From contig JBFXEV010000001.1 of NCBI GenBank assembly GCA_050179755.1, forward strand, positions 809,994 through 873,993: a stretch of 64,000 bases of DNA, read 5' to 3'. Made by a program: the position numbers and the translations under genes. The notes under the pieces are model-generated. The model had not been told where the DNA came from. It did not search any database and worked only from the letters and a program-made list of their open reading frames with translations. Below, piece after piece: positions 19,045 through 27,964 of this stretch (within the stretch, counting starts at the first letter, position 1; each line of letters opens with the position of its first letter). The stretch is from Candidatus Babeliales bacterium (GTDB taxonomy: Bacteria; Babelota; Babeliae; Babelales; JBFXEV01).

Positions 19045-20457
19045 ATGCATTCAATGCGTATACTTGGCATTTCTTTACTCATTTTAATTTTGGGCGGTGT
19101 AGTAGTAAATAAGGCAATGCGCCGGCAAGATTTAGGGGTAAGGCCTGGCCTACGACCTGAATTTACTGGAAAGCCAGGAATTAGGCCCAGTGTAACGCCG
19201 CAAGTGCAAGTTGCCCCAGCTGCCGATGATATAGTTTTGGTTGGGCTGAATGGAGCAAGTTTTAGATTGCCTCTGAGCGCAATGAGACATTCGGGAACAT
19301 TGCAAAGTGAATTTGCGGCTAGTGGCCAATCCTATTATAAGTTCTCAGAAATTAAGGGCGAAACTTTAGAAATTATCATTCATTTACTTATTCAGCTTGA
19401 TCAGTTAATGCAAAAAAAAGAGCATGAGACTGCAGGCATGGATGTTGCATACATACCACGTATATTTCAACGACGTGTTAATCCAATTCTAGAAAAAACA
19501 AGCAATCAAAGTCTTGCAGCGCTTTATAATGCAGCTGATTTTTTTGACATACCTTATATTTCAAATGCTGTTGCTTCGGTAATTGCCGATAGAATATACA
19601 AAGAAATACCTGAACCCAGACTTAGCTCAGAAACTCGCATATGGGATAAAAAAGCAGAAGAGCATAAGCAGATACAACAATTTATCATGCAAAAATTAAA
19701 AGAACATGGTTTTTTATTAATCAATTTAGATTACGTGATGAAGCATATCACCTTTAGAAGGTGCGGTATTATGGTAGAACAGAGCGTGGCAGATTATGTT
19801 TCTACATTTAACATGCCATTGGAACGCGGCATAGGCCCGATAAGCAAGATTGATTTAAGCAAAAAGAAAATTACAAGCTTGTTTGGCTTATCTTCTTTAA
19901 AGCGCAAAAACCAAGTTGAGGAATTAACTTTGGATGGGAATTGTTTCTATGATTTTTCTCTTGACGTTCAAGGAGAAAAGTATCCGTTTAAGGGCTATGA
20001 TGCATTGTTGAGACTTTCAATTTCTGATTGCCATTTGCGCAGTTTGCAGTCTGATATTTTTGAAGGGGCATCAAACATGCGTTATTTATTTTTAGATAGT
20101 AATCAATTTAAAGAACTTCCTCTTGAATTATTTAGACCGCTACCTAAGCTTCGTTATCTTAATCTTCAAGAGAATGAACTTGACTTATTGCACGTTGGTC
20201 AATTTAAGGGGCTAGATGTTTTGAATGATCTTCTTCTTAGATGGAATCGGATTGAATCGCTACCTATTGGCTTATTACATGGTTTAAAGCTGCAACGTCT
20301 TGATCTTTATGGTAATCCTTTAACTCGATTGGAAATTGATGCATTAACGGGAATGCCTGAATTAAAAGTTCTTTATTTGGACATTACTGGTCTTAGTCAT
20401 GACCAACGTGATCAGATAGCCAAACTATTGCCTGGTGTGCAGGTGATAAATTATTAG
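19045..20457 (+). CDS. Secreted Skp1/BTB-like domain plus leucine-rich-repeat protein
   Basis: Signal peptide; IVLVGLNGASFRL...SGTL and LYNAADFFDIP resemble Skp1; C-terminal LRRs (LRYLNLQENEL, LQRLDLYGNPL). Confidence 0.82.
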   Translation: MHSMRILGISLLILILGGVVVNKAMRRQDLGVRPGLRPEFTGKPGIRPSVTPQVQVAPAADDIVLVGLNGASFRLPLSAMRHSGTLQSEFAASGQSYYKFSEIKGETLEIIIHLLIQLDQLMQKKEHETAGMDVAYIPRIFQRRVNPILEKTSNQSLAALYNAADFFDIPYISNAVASVIADRIYKEIPEPRLSSETRIWDKKAEEHKQIQQFIMQKLKEHGFLLINLDYVMKHITFRRCGIMVEQSVADYVSTFNMPLERGIGPISKIDLSKKKITSLFGLSSLKRKNQVEELTLDGNCFYDFSLDVQGEKYPFKGYDALLRLSISDCHLRSLQSDIFEGASNMRYLFLDSNQFKELPLELFRPLPKLRYLNLQENELDLLHVGQFKGLDVLNDLLLRWNRIESLPIGLLHGLKLQRLDLYGNPLTRLEIDALTGMPELKVLYLDITGLSHDQRDQIAKLLPGVQVINY

Positions 20458-20628
20458 TTTGATCATTAAGAATTGGCAACATGACTCACACGGCTAAGCA
20501 AATCGCGGTTTACAATTATACAGAGTACATGTTTGGTAATCTTTACTCATTACCTTCTGATTCTGAATTTGAATTTAAAAACTGCATTAAGGTGCGTTGT
20601 GGCCTAATCACTTTTGCATGCTTCTGCG

Positions 20629-21420
20629 CTATTTGGCATAAATATCTAAATCGTATGTAGTTTTGAATCCAAGCTTTTGGTACATGCTGATTGCTGCAGG
20701 ATTTGCATTGAGCACAACTTTTTCTAGCTTAAGTTCATAGGCGCGATGCATAAGAAATTGAGATATAGCCGATCCCAGTCCTTTTCTTTGATATTCTGGA
20801 AGCACTGCAATGTTCAGTATGAGCCCTGTATTGCCAGAAACAAATAATGTGCCAGCGCCCACAGCTTTTTCATCAACATAAATTATGTAATGCTCTGCAC
20901 TTGAACGGCCAAGCAATATGCCATAGTCATGTGCTGTTTTATCATCTAAACCAAATACGCTCCCAAGAATTCGCGTAAATAAGTCAAATGTCTTTGGCGT
21001 GGTTCGTTTAATTTCAGTCGTTGGCTTTTCAAGTGCTGCAACGTTCCACACCATAAAAGGAATGGTAACAGCCTTTTTAAAATTACGTGTTTCAAGTTCT
21101 TCTTTTAAGACAGTGGCATCTTGGAATTCGTCTATCCAAAAAGATAATGGTTTGCCTTCAGGAGCTATCTTTAAAATGCTCTCTAGATGTGCAGGAATAT
21201 TTTCTTTGTAATGAAAATGCGTGACTGCATTTGATACGGGCATATTGAGGCCAGTAAACCATACAAAAGCTTCTGGCGTGTTAATTTGTGGTGCCGCCAT
21301 TGAGCTGTAATAATATTCAATAAAACGTACAAGATTGTGATCATTATTTTTAGTCTGCATAAGATAATAGATTCCAAGAATTATTAGTATACTAAATATA
21401 CCGAAAGATAGGGTTTTCAT
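20629..21420 (-). CDS. GNAT-family N-acetyltransferase
   Basis: IAVLPEYQRKGLG and MYQKLGF motifs; hydrophobic N-terminus. Confidence 0.9.
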   Translation of the reverse strand: MKTLSFGIFSILIILGIYYLMQTKNNDHNLVRFIEYYYSSMAAPQINTPEAFVWFTGLNMPVSNAVTHFHYKENIPAHLESILKIAPEGKPLSFWIDEFQDATVLKEELETRNFKKAVTIPFMVWNVAALEKPTTEIKRTTPKTFDLFTRILGSVFGLDDKTAHDYGILLGRSSAEHYIIYVDEKAVGAGTLFVSGNTGLILNIAVLPEYQRKGLGSAISQFLMHRAYELKLEKVVLNANPAAISMYQKLGFKTTYDLDIYAK

Positions 21421-21493
21421 AAGTTGATGCTCTGCTAGCTTTCATGATAGTGAACTACGTAGGCTCTACAAATAATTAATAGAATAACATAAT

Positions 21494-22138
21494 ATGCATA
21501 CAAAAAAACCAACAATTATAATTTTAAGTGGTATTTCTAGTTCAGGAAAAACAACCACTGCAAAAGCACTTCAAAGCGCGCTTGCCAAACAAAATAATCC
21601 ATATGTGCATCTACCCATTGATGGATTTGTGGGTTTGTTGCCGCCGGAGTGGTGTAATTTTAACGCGAGTGAAGAAATCAAACAAAATCCTGATGGCATA
21701 GTGCTCAATCGAATAGATGATGCTGAAGGGCCTAAAGTTGCTATTGAACTTGGCAAAGTTGGTATGAACTTAGTCATGGCGTATATGCCAGTGATTGCTA
21801 CTATTGCTTCATATGGCACCAATGTGATTATTGATGGTGTTTTTGGAACGCCTTATCTTGGTGAAGCTGCAAAACATTTTAAAGATTTTAAAGTATATTG
21901 CATTGCAGTTCGCTGTCCGCTCGAAATAGTAGAAGAGCGTGAACGCAGCAGAGGGGCAATTGGTGGCTTTATTGGGCTTGCGCGATGGTACACAGAAACC
22001 AGCGATGTGCATACACATGCGCATTATGATTTTTTGGTTGATACAAGCGTATTAACGCCAGAAAAGGCGGCTCAACAAATTGTTGATTTTATAAAGCAAG
22101 AGCATGAGCCACAAGCGCTTAAGAATCTTGCTAGATAA
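21494..22138 (+). CDS. Chloramphenicol phosphotransferase-like P-loop kinase
   Basis: IIILSGISSSGKTT, NVIIDG, CPLEIVEERERSRG and YDFLVDTS motifs. Confidence 0.85.
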   Translation: MHTKKPTIIILSGISSSGKTTTAKALQSALAKQNNPYVHLPIDGFVGLLPPEWCNFNASEEIKQNPDGIVLNRIDDAEGPKVAIELGKVGMNLVMAYMPVIATIASYGTNVIIDGVFGTPYLGEAAKHFKDFKVYCIAVRCPLEIVEERERSRGAIGGFIGLARWYTETSDVHTHAHYDFLVDTSVLTPEKAAQQIVDFIKQEHEPQALKNLAR

Positions 22139-22153
22139 ACTATGTATCAAAAA

Positions 22154-22182
22154 TTGAAGCGGACATTATTGATCCGCTTCAA
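22154..22182. terminator. Bidirectional terminator
   Basis: TTGAAGCGGA / TCCGCTTCAA between convergent genes. Confidence 0.7.
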
Positions 22183-22193
22183 GATAAAAAGAG

Positions 22194-22586
22194 TTAGTAT
22201 TGAGCTGGTTGCACCATGTAAATGATGTTGCCATATAAATCTACAAAGGTTGCGCTAGTTCCCCATTGCTCTTCTTTTGCATCTTGCAAGAACGTTACAC
22301 CGCTCGCTTTAAATGTTTCTACTGCTGCTTTACAGTCATTTGTTGAAACGCAAAAAAGTGGCTTTTGGATCGCTTGCTTGCCAACGAGCGCTTTTTCTTC
22401 TGGCGTTTCGGCTAGCATTAAGCTAATTTCATAATTTTTGTTTTCTATTGGGTGGATGGTGAGCCATCGCATTGGGCCAAATTGCGCATCAGTATGCACT
22501 TTGAAGCCAAGTTTATTGGTGTAAAAATCAAGAGCTTGGTCTTGGTTTTCCACAAAAACAGTAAGGTGAGTTACGTTTGTGATCAT
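22194..22586 (-). CDS. VOC/glyoxalase family protein
   Basis: V.NQDQALDFYTNKLGF and WGTSATFVDLYGN motifs. Confidence 0.9.
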   Translation of the reverse strand: MITNVTHLTVFVENQDQALDFYTNKLGFKVHTDAQFGPMRWLTIHPIENKNYEISLMLAETPEEKALVGKQAIQKPLFCVSTNDCKAAVETFKASGVTFLQDAKEEQWGTSATFVDLYGNIIYMVQPAQY

Positions 22587-22657
22587 GCGTGATCCTTTGG
22601 TTTTGAGTTAAGAAGGAATGTTTTTTTGGGTTGGTTGTTGGGAGACTTCGCTTTTAG

Positions 22658-22707
22658 GATTGCTTGTCCGTCTTCGTGTCTTCGCTTACTACGCCGGACA
22701 GTCTTCG
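22658..22707. repeat. About 50 bp palindromic repeat, near-identical to 27091-27140
   Basis: GATTGCTTGTCCGTCTTCGTGTCT(T/A)CGCTTACTACGCCGGACAGTCTTCG occurs at both sites. Confidence 0.85.
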
Positions 22708-22795
22708 TTCTTTCCATAGTAGCTTATTTTATTAATAAAATATTTTCCTTTGAAGAAAATGGCGAAGCCAGGCGTAGTTCCGTAGGAACGAAGAC

Positions 22796-22883
22796 TGGAG
22801 GAGAGAGTGGGATTCGAACCCACGAGCCCTCTCGGGCTAACGGTTTTCAAGACCGCCGCAATCGACCACTCTGCCATCTCTCC
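22796..22883 (-). tRNA. tRNA-Ser(TGA)
   Basis: Reverse complement GGAGAGATGGCAGAGTGG...CTTGAAA...long variable arm...GTTCGAATC...CCA. Confidence 0.95.
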
Positions 22884-22956
22884 GCTGAGTGAATCATATA
22901 AGAATATAACCTAAATTGAGGCTTTTTCAACTAGTTTTGGCCAAACAGGTATATTT

Positions 22957-23175
22957 TTACTCGGTGGCAAGAGACCGTAAAATCAAAGCAGTTTTTCATG
23001 CTTTTGCATAATACCCAATAAAAAGTCATTGGTGCCAGCATCGTTAAAGGTAAGAGACTAAGCTGCATCAGCCCTTACTTGGCGAATAATGGCTTCATGA
23101 TTGGGTTTTGGCCTGGAGTTTCAATGAGCGCCGCATGTTTTACAATTTCAGTGAGCGTGCCCAGTGCTTCGTGGT
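22957..23175 (-). pseudogene. Fragment of a second dps gene
   Basis: Translates to ALGTLTEIVKHAALIETPGQNP, then after a frameshift HEAIIRQVRADAA*SLTFNDAGTNDFLLGIMQKHEK, matching the Dps C-terminal half. Confidence 0.75.
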
Positions 23176-23225
23176 CAAGATAGTATATTTATTACTTTAA
23201 ATATTCTTTTCAAATTTTCAGTAAT

Positions 23226-23789
23226 TTACTTGGCAAGTAAGGCTTTTAGCATCCACGCTGTCTTTTCATACTGGAATACTAAGTCGGTTAAAAAGTTATT
23301 AGTTGCAGAGTCACCTTGCTCTTGGGCAAAAAGTAAATCTGTTTTTAATTGCGCTATGAGTATTTGGTAATCATGCAATAGACTTGCAATCATTTCTTGC
23401 TCATTAGGATTATTGTTTGGATTTTCAGTAAGTGTAGCTTGTGATTTAAACTCCTGCAGTGTGCTTGCCACCTTCGCATCAAGTGCACGAATGCGCTCAG
23501 CAATTAAATCAATGTTTTTTTGTTGCGCAGCATATAATGTGCCAAAGAAAGCATGGAGATCGTTAAAATGTTTGCCTTCTACATTCCAATGATATTTTTG
23601 CGTTTTTGTGTAGAGCACATAATGGTTTGCAAGAATGCGTTGCAAACGATCAACCATAGTGGTCAGTTGTGCAGTCTCACTCTTTTCAATAGGCTCAGAA
23701 AGAGCATTTTGAGCTTCTTGGGCACTTAATGGGGCTGCAATAAAAAGAAACAGGGTTGTCAGGGCAAGTATTTTATGTGAATTATTCAT
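23226..23789 (-). CDS. dps: Dps/ferritin-like protein with predicted signal peptide
   Basis: KTQKYHWNVEG.HF.DLH, DLIAERIRAL and EKTAWML motifs. Confidence 0.9.
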   Translation of the reverse strand: MNNSHKILALTTLFLFIAAPLSAQEAQNALSEPIEKSETAQLTTMVDRLQRILANHYVLYTKTQKYHWNVEGKHFNDLHAFFGTLYAAQQKNIDLIAERIRALDAKVASTLQEFKSQATLTENPNNNPNEQEMIASLLHDYQILIAQLKTDLLFAQEQGDSATNNFLTDLVFQYEKTAWMLKALLAK

Positions 23790-23979
23790 AATTTTTCCTT
23801 TTTTTTGATTGGTGAACCGGAACTACCGGATTATTACCTTCTCTGTATTAGTATAACGTATGAGAATGTTGATCTGCAAGGGTTTTTGCTATTTTTAATA
23901 AAGATAGGTCTTTGGCCAGAGTAAAATAGGGGGCAGGGAAAGGAATAGAAGTAGGTCACATTCAAGATAGCATGTAATC

Positions 23980-24026
23980 AATATATACAAAACAGTACTT
24001 TACATTGTTATATCATTGTATATATT
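23980..24026 (+). promoter_or_regulatory. Inverted repeat upstream of the AbrB-like gene (possible autoregulatory operator)
   Basis: AATATATACAA (23980-23990) / TTGTATATATT (24016-24026) around TTTACA...TATATT promoter-like boxes. Confidence 0.5.
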
Positions 24027-24087
24027 ATGTTAAGTCGACAAAGTGGCAATAGTTCAAAAATTAGATAAAACAACTAGGATTCTCCTC

Positions 24088-24867
24088 ATGTTAAAAAAAC
24101 TAGTCAAATATGGTAATAGTAATGCTATAATCTTGGATAAAGCCATTTTAGAGCTTTTAGAAATAGAAGAAGGTGCTATCATTAAGATTAAGACCGATGG
24201 TAAGTCAATTATTATTACGCCTCAAGAAAAAGTTGCACCAAGTAAAGTGCACGAAGTATTCACGCATCATCAGGCAAGCTTAGAAGCTTCTATTCGTGAA
24301 GGTTTTAAGCGTTATGAGGGTCTTGAAAAAGATCAACGAGAAAAACTTGAAGGAGAATACCTTGTTATACTTAAAAAGTTTCAAGGATTAAGTGAAGAAC
24401 TTTCTAAGAACAAAGATTTTATAGATGCTGTTGATCAGTTGAGAAAGCAATGCGCCATTACATCACCTGAGTTTATGGCAAATTATAAAATGCTGCGGGA
24501 TAAACATGCGCCAGAACATGCAAAAGCAGAAGCAGAACTTGTGGCGTTTGAACAGCTACATAACCTTAAGGTCCATGCTAATACTGCAAAGCCTTCTGCT
24601 GAACAGATAAAGGAAATGGAACAAGATTTTTATCACGTTCATCAAAAGAATCAAGAAGTATATAAAAAATATGCTGAATTGATGAATAATCCTGAGTATC
24701 AACATGAAGCACAATTGATAGCAGAGAAGTATGGTGCTGATAAAAATTCTGCTGAATATATGCAAGCAATAGATGCGTTGAATGATGCATATCTTCCCGA
24801 ATTTAGAAAAGCCCAAGCAGAAGTAAAAGCAGTAGCTGCAAAATATGCAGACAAAGCTTCAAAGTAA
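24088..24867 (+). CDS. AbrB/MazE/SpoVT-type DNA-binding domain fused to a long helical domain (ORF track starts it at 24043)
   Basis: MLKKLVKYGNSNAIILDKAILELLEIEEG...DGKSIIITP is a swapped-hairpin signature. Confidence 0.8.
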   Translation: MLKKLVKYGNSNAIILDKAILELLEIEEGAIIKIKTDGKSIIITPQEKVAPSKVHEVFTHHQASLEASIREGFKRYEGLEKDQREKLEGEYLVILKKFQGLSEELSKNKDFIDAVDQLRKQCAITSPEFMANYKMLRDKHAPEHAKAEAELVAFEQLHNLKVHANTAKPSAEQIKEMEQDFYHVHQKNQEVYKKYAELMNNPEYQHEAQLIAEKYGADKNSAEYMQAIDALNDAYLPEFRKAQAEVKAVAAKYADKASK

Positions 24868-24905
24868 CAATAACATAATTATTTTTAACAACAGGATGAC
24901 TTCTC

Positions 24906-25757
24906 ATGAATAAACGATGTATGTTAACAAAGTTCATGCTTACTTTTACGGTAACAGCACTCACTGCGTATCTGTATGTAACGCCAGCAGCTGTTCGTGC
25001 TGAGAATATGCGTAAGGTTACAAGGCAAGAGAAAACTAAAGCGTTATTTGACATAGTAATGCCAAAAGAGAAAACAGCAATGGTTTTTGAGGGTATCTTT
25101 GCAAATGCGCAGATTACTGATGAAAGCGTAAAAATGCGTGTCAATGAAGCATTTTATGCTGAAATGCAAAAGACTTTTTTGGCTTTGTTTGATAAAGAGT
25201 TCACAGAACAAGACATTGACGTGTTGTTTACTTTCTTTGTTTCTGAAACAGGCCGTAAATTTATGGCATCAGGTGACGCTCAAAATGCTGCAGTAATGGC
25301 TGCGATGCAAAGCGGCATGATGGTAATTCAAGAGCATATGATGGCGCAAGCAAAAGCTGCACAGGCAGCGGCTGCTGCACCTGCAGTTGTCATTGATTTT
25401 AATGAACTTGCAATTGGTAAAACTGATGCGCAAATGAAAGATGCCTTTAATGCTATCATTCAGCATGAGGGTGTTACGGTAGTTAAATATTCATCCTTAA
25501 TGTGTGAGCCGTGCAAAGTATATGCGCCTCTGTTTGATGAAGTGGCAGCAGAATTGCAAGAACTTACTGCTGGCAATAACAAAATTGCGGTGAAATATGT
25601 GGCGCTTGATATTAATGTTGCGCTTGTGATAGCACAAGAATATGGCATTAAGTCAGTACCAACTACTATGTTCTTTAAGAATGGCAAAAAAGTTGATTCC
25701 AAAATTGGTGGCATGCAAAAAGCAACTTTAAGATCTCGTATTCAAGAGCTTGCGTAA
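24906..25757 (+). CDS. Exported DUF2059-like plus thioredoxin-domain protein
   Basis: Signal peptide; FTEQDIDVLFTFFVSETGRKF; CEPC motif and IKSVPT..FFKNG. Confidence 0.8.
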   Translation: MNKRCMLTKFMLTFTVTALTAYLYVTPAAVRAENMRKVTRQEKTKALFDIVMPKEKTAMVFEGIFANAQITDESVKMRVNEAFYAEMQKTFLALFDKEFTEQDIDVLFTFFVSETGRKFMASGDAQNAAVMAAMQSGMMVIQEHMMAQAKAAQAAAAAPAVVIDFNELAIGKTDAQMKDAFNAIIQHEGVTVVKYSSLMCEPCKVYAPLFDEVAAELQELTAGNNKIAVKYVALDINVALVIAQEYGIKSVPTTMFFKNGKKVDSKIGGMQKATLRSRIQELA

Positions 25758-25780
25758 GTAGTTGCCTAATAACTGTTTTT

Positions 25781-25816
25781 AAAAATGTGCGTATGCCAAG
25801 GTGTACGCACATTTTT
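25781..25816 (+). terminator. Intrinsic terminator
   Basis: AAAAATGTGCGTATGCC / GGTGTACGCACATTTTT hairpin. Confidence 0.75.
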
Positions 25817-25888
25817 ATTGAAAAGTAACTATTTGTTCTTGTAGTATAGATTAGTGAGCTGTTTTGATGTTAATTAAAAGGAACGATA

Positions 25889-26563
25889 ATGAAAAAAAGA
25901 TTTATTTTTCTATTGCTTTTTTCTTGTACTGGTTATTTGTGTGCATTGGAAACACAACTTAAAAATCTTTCCACAGCATTATCGGAGCTTCAAAGAAAAT
26001 TATTCGTGCACGCTCCAGTGACATCTGATGACGCGCAAAAACTTACATTAACGGCATTAAAAACAAATTTAAAAAATATTTTGAAAGATATTATTGATCC
26101 GCATCGCAATTTTGCCAATGAACAAGAACGTATAGCTTTTTTTCATTTTATTATTGAGCAGTCTTTGAATGCTGCCAAAGTTATGCAAGTTATTGCTGAA
26201 AAACAATATACAGCAGCTGATTTAAATGAGTGGTATAAGAATGATACGCTCAGTCAAAAGACAAGCGGTGCTCTTACACAACTTGATTATAAACACTATG
26301 AAACGAGGCATGATTGGCGGCCATTGCCACCACCACCGGGTCAAACAAAAGTAAGCACCAATTTTGATGATGCTCGCGCGCTCAAAGAAAATTTATTAGA
26401 TGTTGCTCAAAACATTATTGATCTTAATGTTACATTTGATCGCACGCAAGTAAAACAAAGCTTTAAAGTTATTTTTGATGAAGCTCTTAATGCAGCAATG
26501 GCTGAATGGCCAACTGAAAAAAAAGAATCTTTTAGGCAGAAAATTACTGATGTTCGTTCTTAA
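25889..26563 (+). CDS. Secreted hypothetical protein (LKNL-helix / RPLPP family)
   Basis: Signal peptide, then LETQLKNLSTALSEL; WRPLPPPP. Confidence 0.8.
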   Translation: MKKRFIFLLLFSCTGYLCALETQLKNLSTALSELQRKLFVHAPVTSDDAQKLTLTALKTNLKNILKDIIDPHRNFANEQERIAFFHFIIEQSLNAAKVMQVIAEKQYTAADLNEWYKNDTLSQKTSGALTQLDYKHYETRHDWRPLPPPPGQTKVSTNFDDARALKENLLDVAQNIIDLNVTFDRTQVKQSFKVIFDEALNAAMAEWPTEKKESFRQKITDVRS

Positions 26564-26689
26564 GAACGGTGTCAGTCATTTCTGTCCCTCGATTTACGAA
26601 CTTCTACATTAGCATGCAACTGACGGTAGTATATTGGCGGGTTTGCTTTGAGAAATGAGGTTTTTTAGGCTTATCTTTCCTCACGGAAA

Positions 26690-26950
26690 TTCGGGCAGTC
26701 TTTGCTTTTTCCATAGAGATTAACTTTACTTATAATCTAAATTTCCGAGAAGAGACTGGCTTGCCAGTCATTTGCTCGACGTGATTAATGATTTCTGCGA
26801 TTAAAACTCGTACTAATAACAACTTTACTTGAGGGGTTCTGGTAAATGAGAGAGACTGCCCGCCGTCGCGCGAAGCGCTATGGCGTGGCACTACGCCTTC
26901 TCGCCACGCTAGCCTAGGCGTAGCGGGAGCTCCAGAGGAGCGGCGGCGAG
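26690..26950. repeat. Cluster of palindromic repeats downstream of tRNA-Arg
   Basis: GC-rich hairpins with CGTAG/CGAAG; 26768-26835 is a diverged copy of 27178-27250 (CATTTGCTCG.CGTGATTAATGATTTCT...TACTTGA.GG). Confidence 0.75.
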
Positions 26951-27027
26951 TGGTGCGCCCGATAGGAATCGAACCTATAACCTTCAGATTCGTAGTCTGA
27001 CACTCTATCCAATTGAGCTACGGGCGC
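26951..27027 (-). tRNA. tRNA-Arg(ACG)
   Basis: Reverse complement GCGCCCGTAGCTCAATTGGATAGAG...CTACGAA...GTTCGATTC...ACCA; upstream TTGACT-17-TACATT promoter. Confidence 0.96.
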
Positions 27028-27090
27028 GCGATGCATTTAAATGTATTTCATTGTTGAAAATGAGTCAAGTGTTTTTGACTTGCCGTAAAA

Positions 27091-27366
27091 GATTGCTTGT
27101 CCGTCTTCGTGTCTACGCTTACTACGCCGGACAGTCTTCGCTTTTGTTGAGCGTATCCTTGAACAACTGGCGTAGCCAGGCATTTGCTCGGCGTGATTAA
27201 TGATTTCTACGATCATATGCCCGCACCAATAATAAACTTTTACTTGAAGGCTTTGGCAAAAGCCCGCCTACGTTAATCCAGGCTCACTACGTTCGCTTGG
27301 CTAACTCCGTCGCGCAACCTGCGCATTCACGTAAACTGGCCTGCCAACCGGAGCCTTGGCGCAGGT
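27091..27366. repeat. Cluster of palindromic repeats downstream of tRNA-Ser(GCT)
   Basis: 27091-27140 matches 22658-22707; the reverse complement of 27262-27369 matches 36383-36576 apart from insertions. Confidence 0.85.
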
Positions 27367-27457
27367 TGGTGGAGAGAGAGGGATTCGAACCCTCGTGCCC
27401 CATTTCTGAGGCTCTTGCTTAGCAGGCAAGCGCTTTAGGCCTCTCAGCCATCTCTCC
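27367..27457 (-). tRNA. tRNA-Ser(GCT)
   Basis: Reverse complement GGAGAGATGGCTGAGAGGCCTAAAGC...CTGCTAA...long variable arm...GTTCGAATC...ACCA. Confidence 0.95.
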
Positions 27458-27500
27458 ATATAAAACTTAAATTTCAAATTTTCTTATTACATATTTCAGG

Positions 27501-27566
27501 AGCGCTTTTAGGCCGGACCTTGTCCGCCGTAGCCTTGAGCGTAGGCGGAAGCCATCTCTCCATATA
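27501..27566 (-). pseudogene. Duplicated 5' part of tRNA-Ser(GCT) interrupted by a palindromic element
   Basis: AGCGCTTTTAGGCC[GGACCTTGTCCGCCGTAGCCTTGAGCGTAGGCGGA]AGCCATCTCTCCATATAA versus the gene's AGCGCTTTAGGCC-TCTC-AGCCATCTCTCCATATAA. Confidence 0.75.
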
Positions 27567-27667
27567 ATTTCTAGTAATTTCAATTTATATCTAATATCTT
27601 AGCTTTTTTAACCTAATAAGTATAGAGTGATTATGATATATTCTCAAGGTAAACAAGGTGCCTTACT

Positions 27668-27955
27668 ATGGCTTTAGTAATCGAAATCACTGTGGTCCCT
27701 GCATCGGGGCGGCAAGCTATGCTCTTTGATAAGCTGGGGCGCATAAAATGTTATCTAAAAAGTGCCCCTGAAAAGGGACAGGCAAATGCCGAGCTTATTA
27801 AGTTTATTGCAAAATTACTCCGGTGCCCTCAAGATGATGTGGAGATAATCTCAGGTGAAATTTCTCGTAAGAAACGCTTGAAAATTCATTTGCAATTAAC
27901 GTATGATCAGTTTAAAGAGTTAATGGGCCTTGCTGATCAGAAAAAAATATTTTGA
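27668..27955 (+). CDS. DUF167/YggU family protein
   Basis: V.P.S...APEKGQANAELIKFIAK...VEIISGEISRKK. Confidence 0.88.
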   Translation: MALVIEITVVPASGRQAMLFDKLGRIKCYLKSAPEKGQANAELIKFIAKLLRCPQDDVEIISGEISRKKRLKIHLQLTYDQFKELMGLADQKKIF

Positions 27956-27964
27956 GGTAAAAAT

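Noticed and set aside
20460..20625. Possible LRR gene remnant after the 19045 gene
   Set aside because: Similarity is limited to a few residues and cannot be told from chance.
22626..22892. ORFs 22626..22892 (+) and 22689..22877 (-)
   Set aside because: They overlap tRNA-Ser(TGA) and the palindromic repeats.
24088..25757. MazEF-type toxin-antitoxin pair
   Set aside because: The downstream gene is an exported thioredoxin fusion, not a toxin.
26690..27366. Possible CRISPR array
   Set aside because: No regularly spaced identical repeats with unique spacers, and no cas genes.
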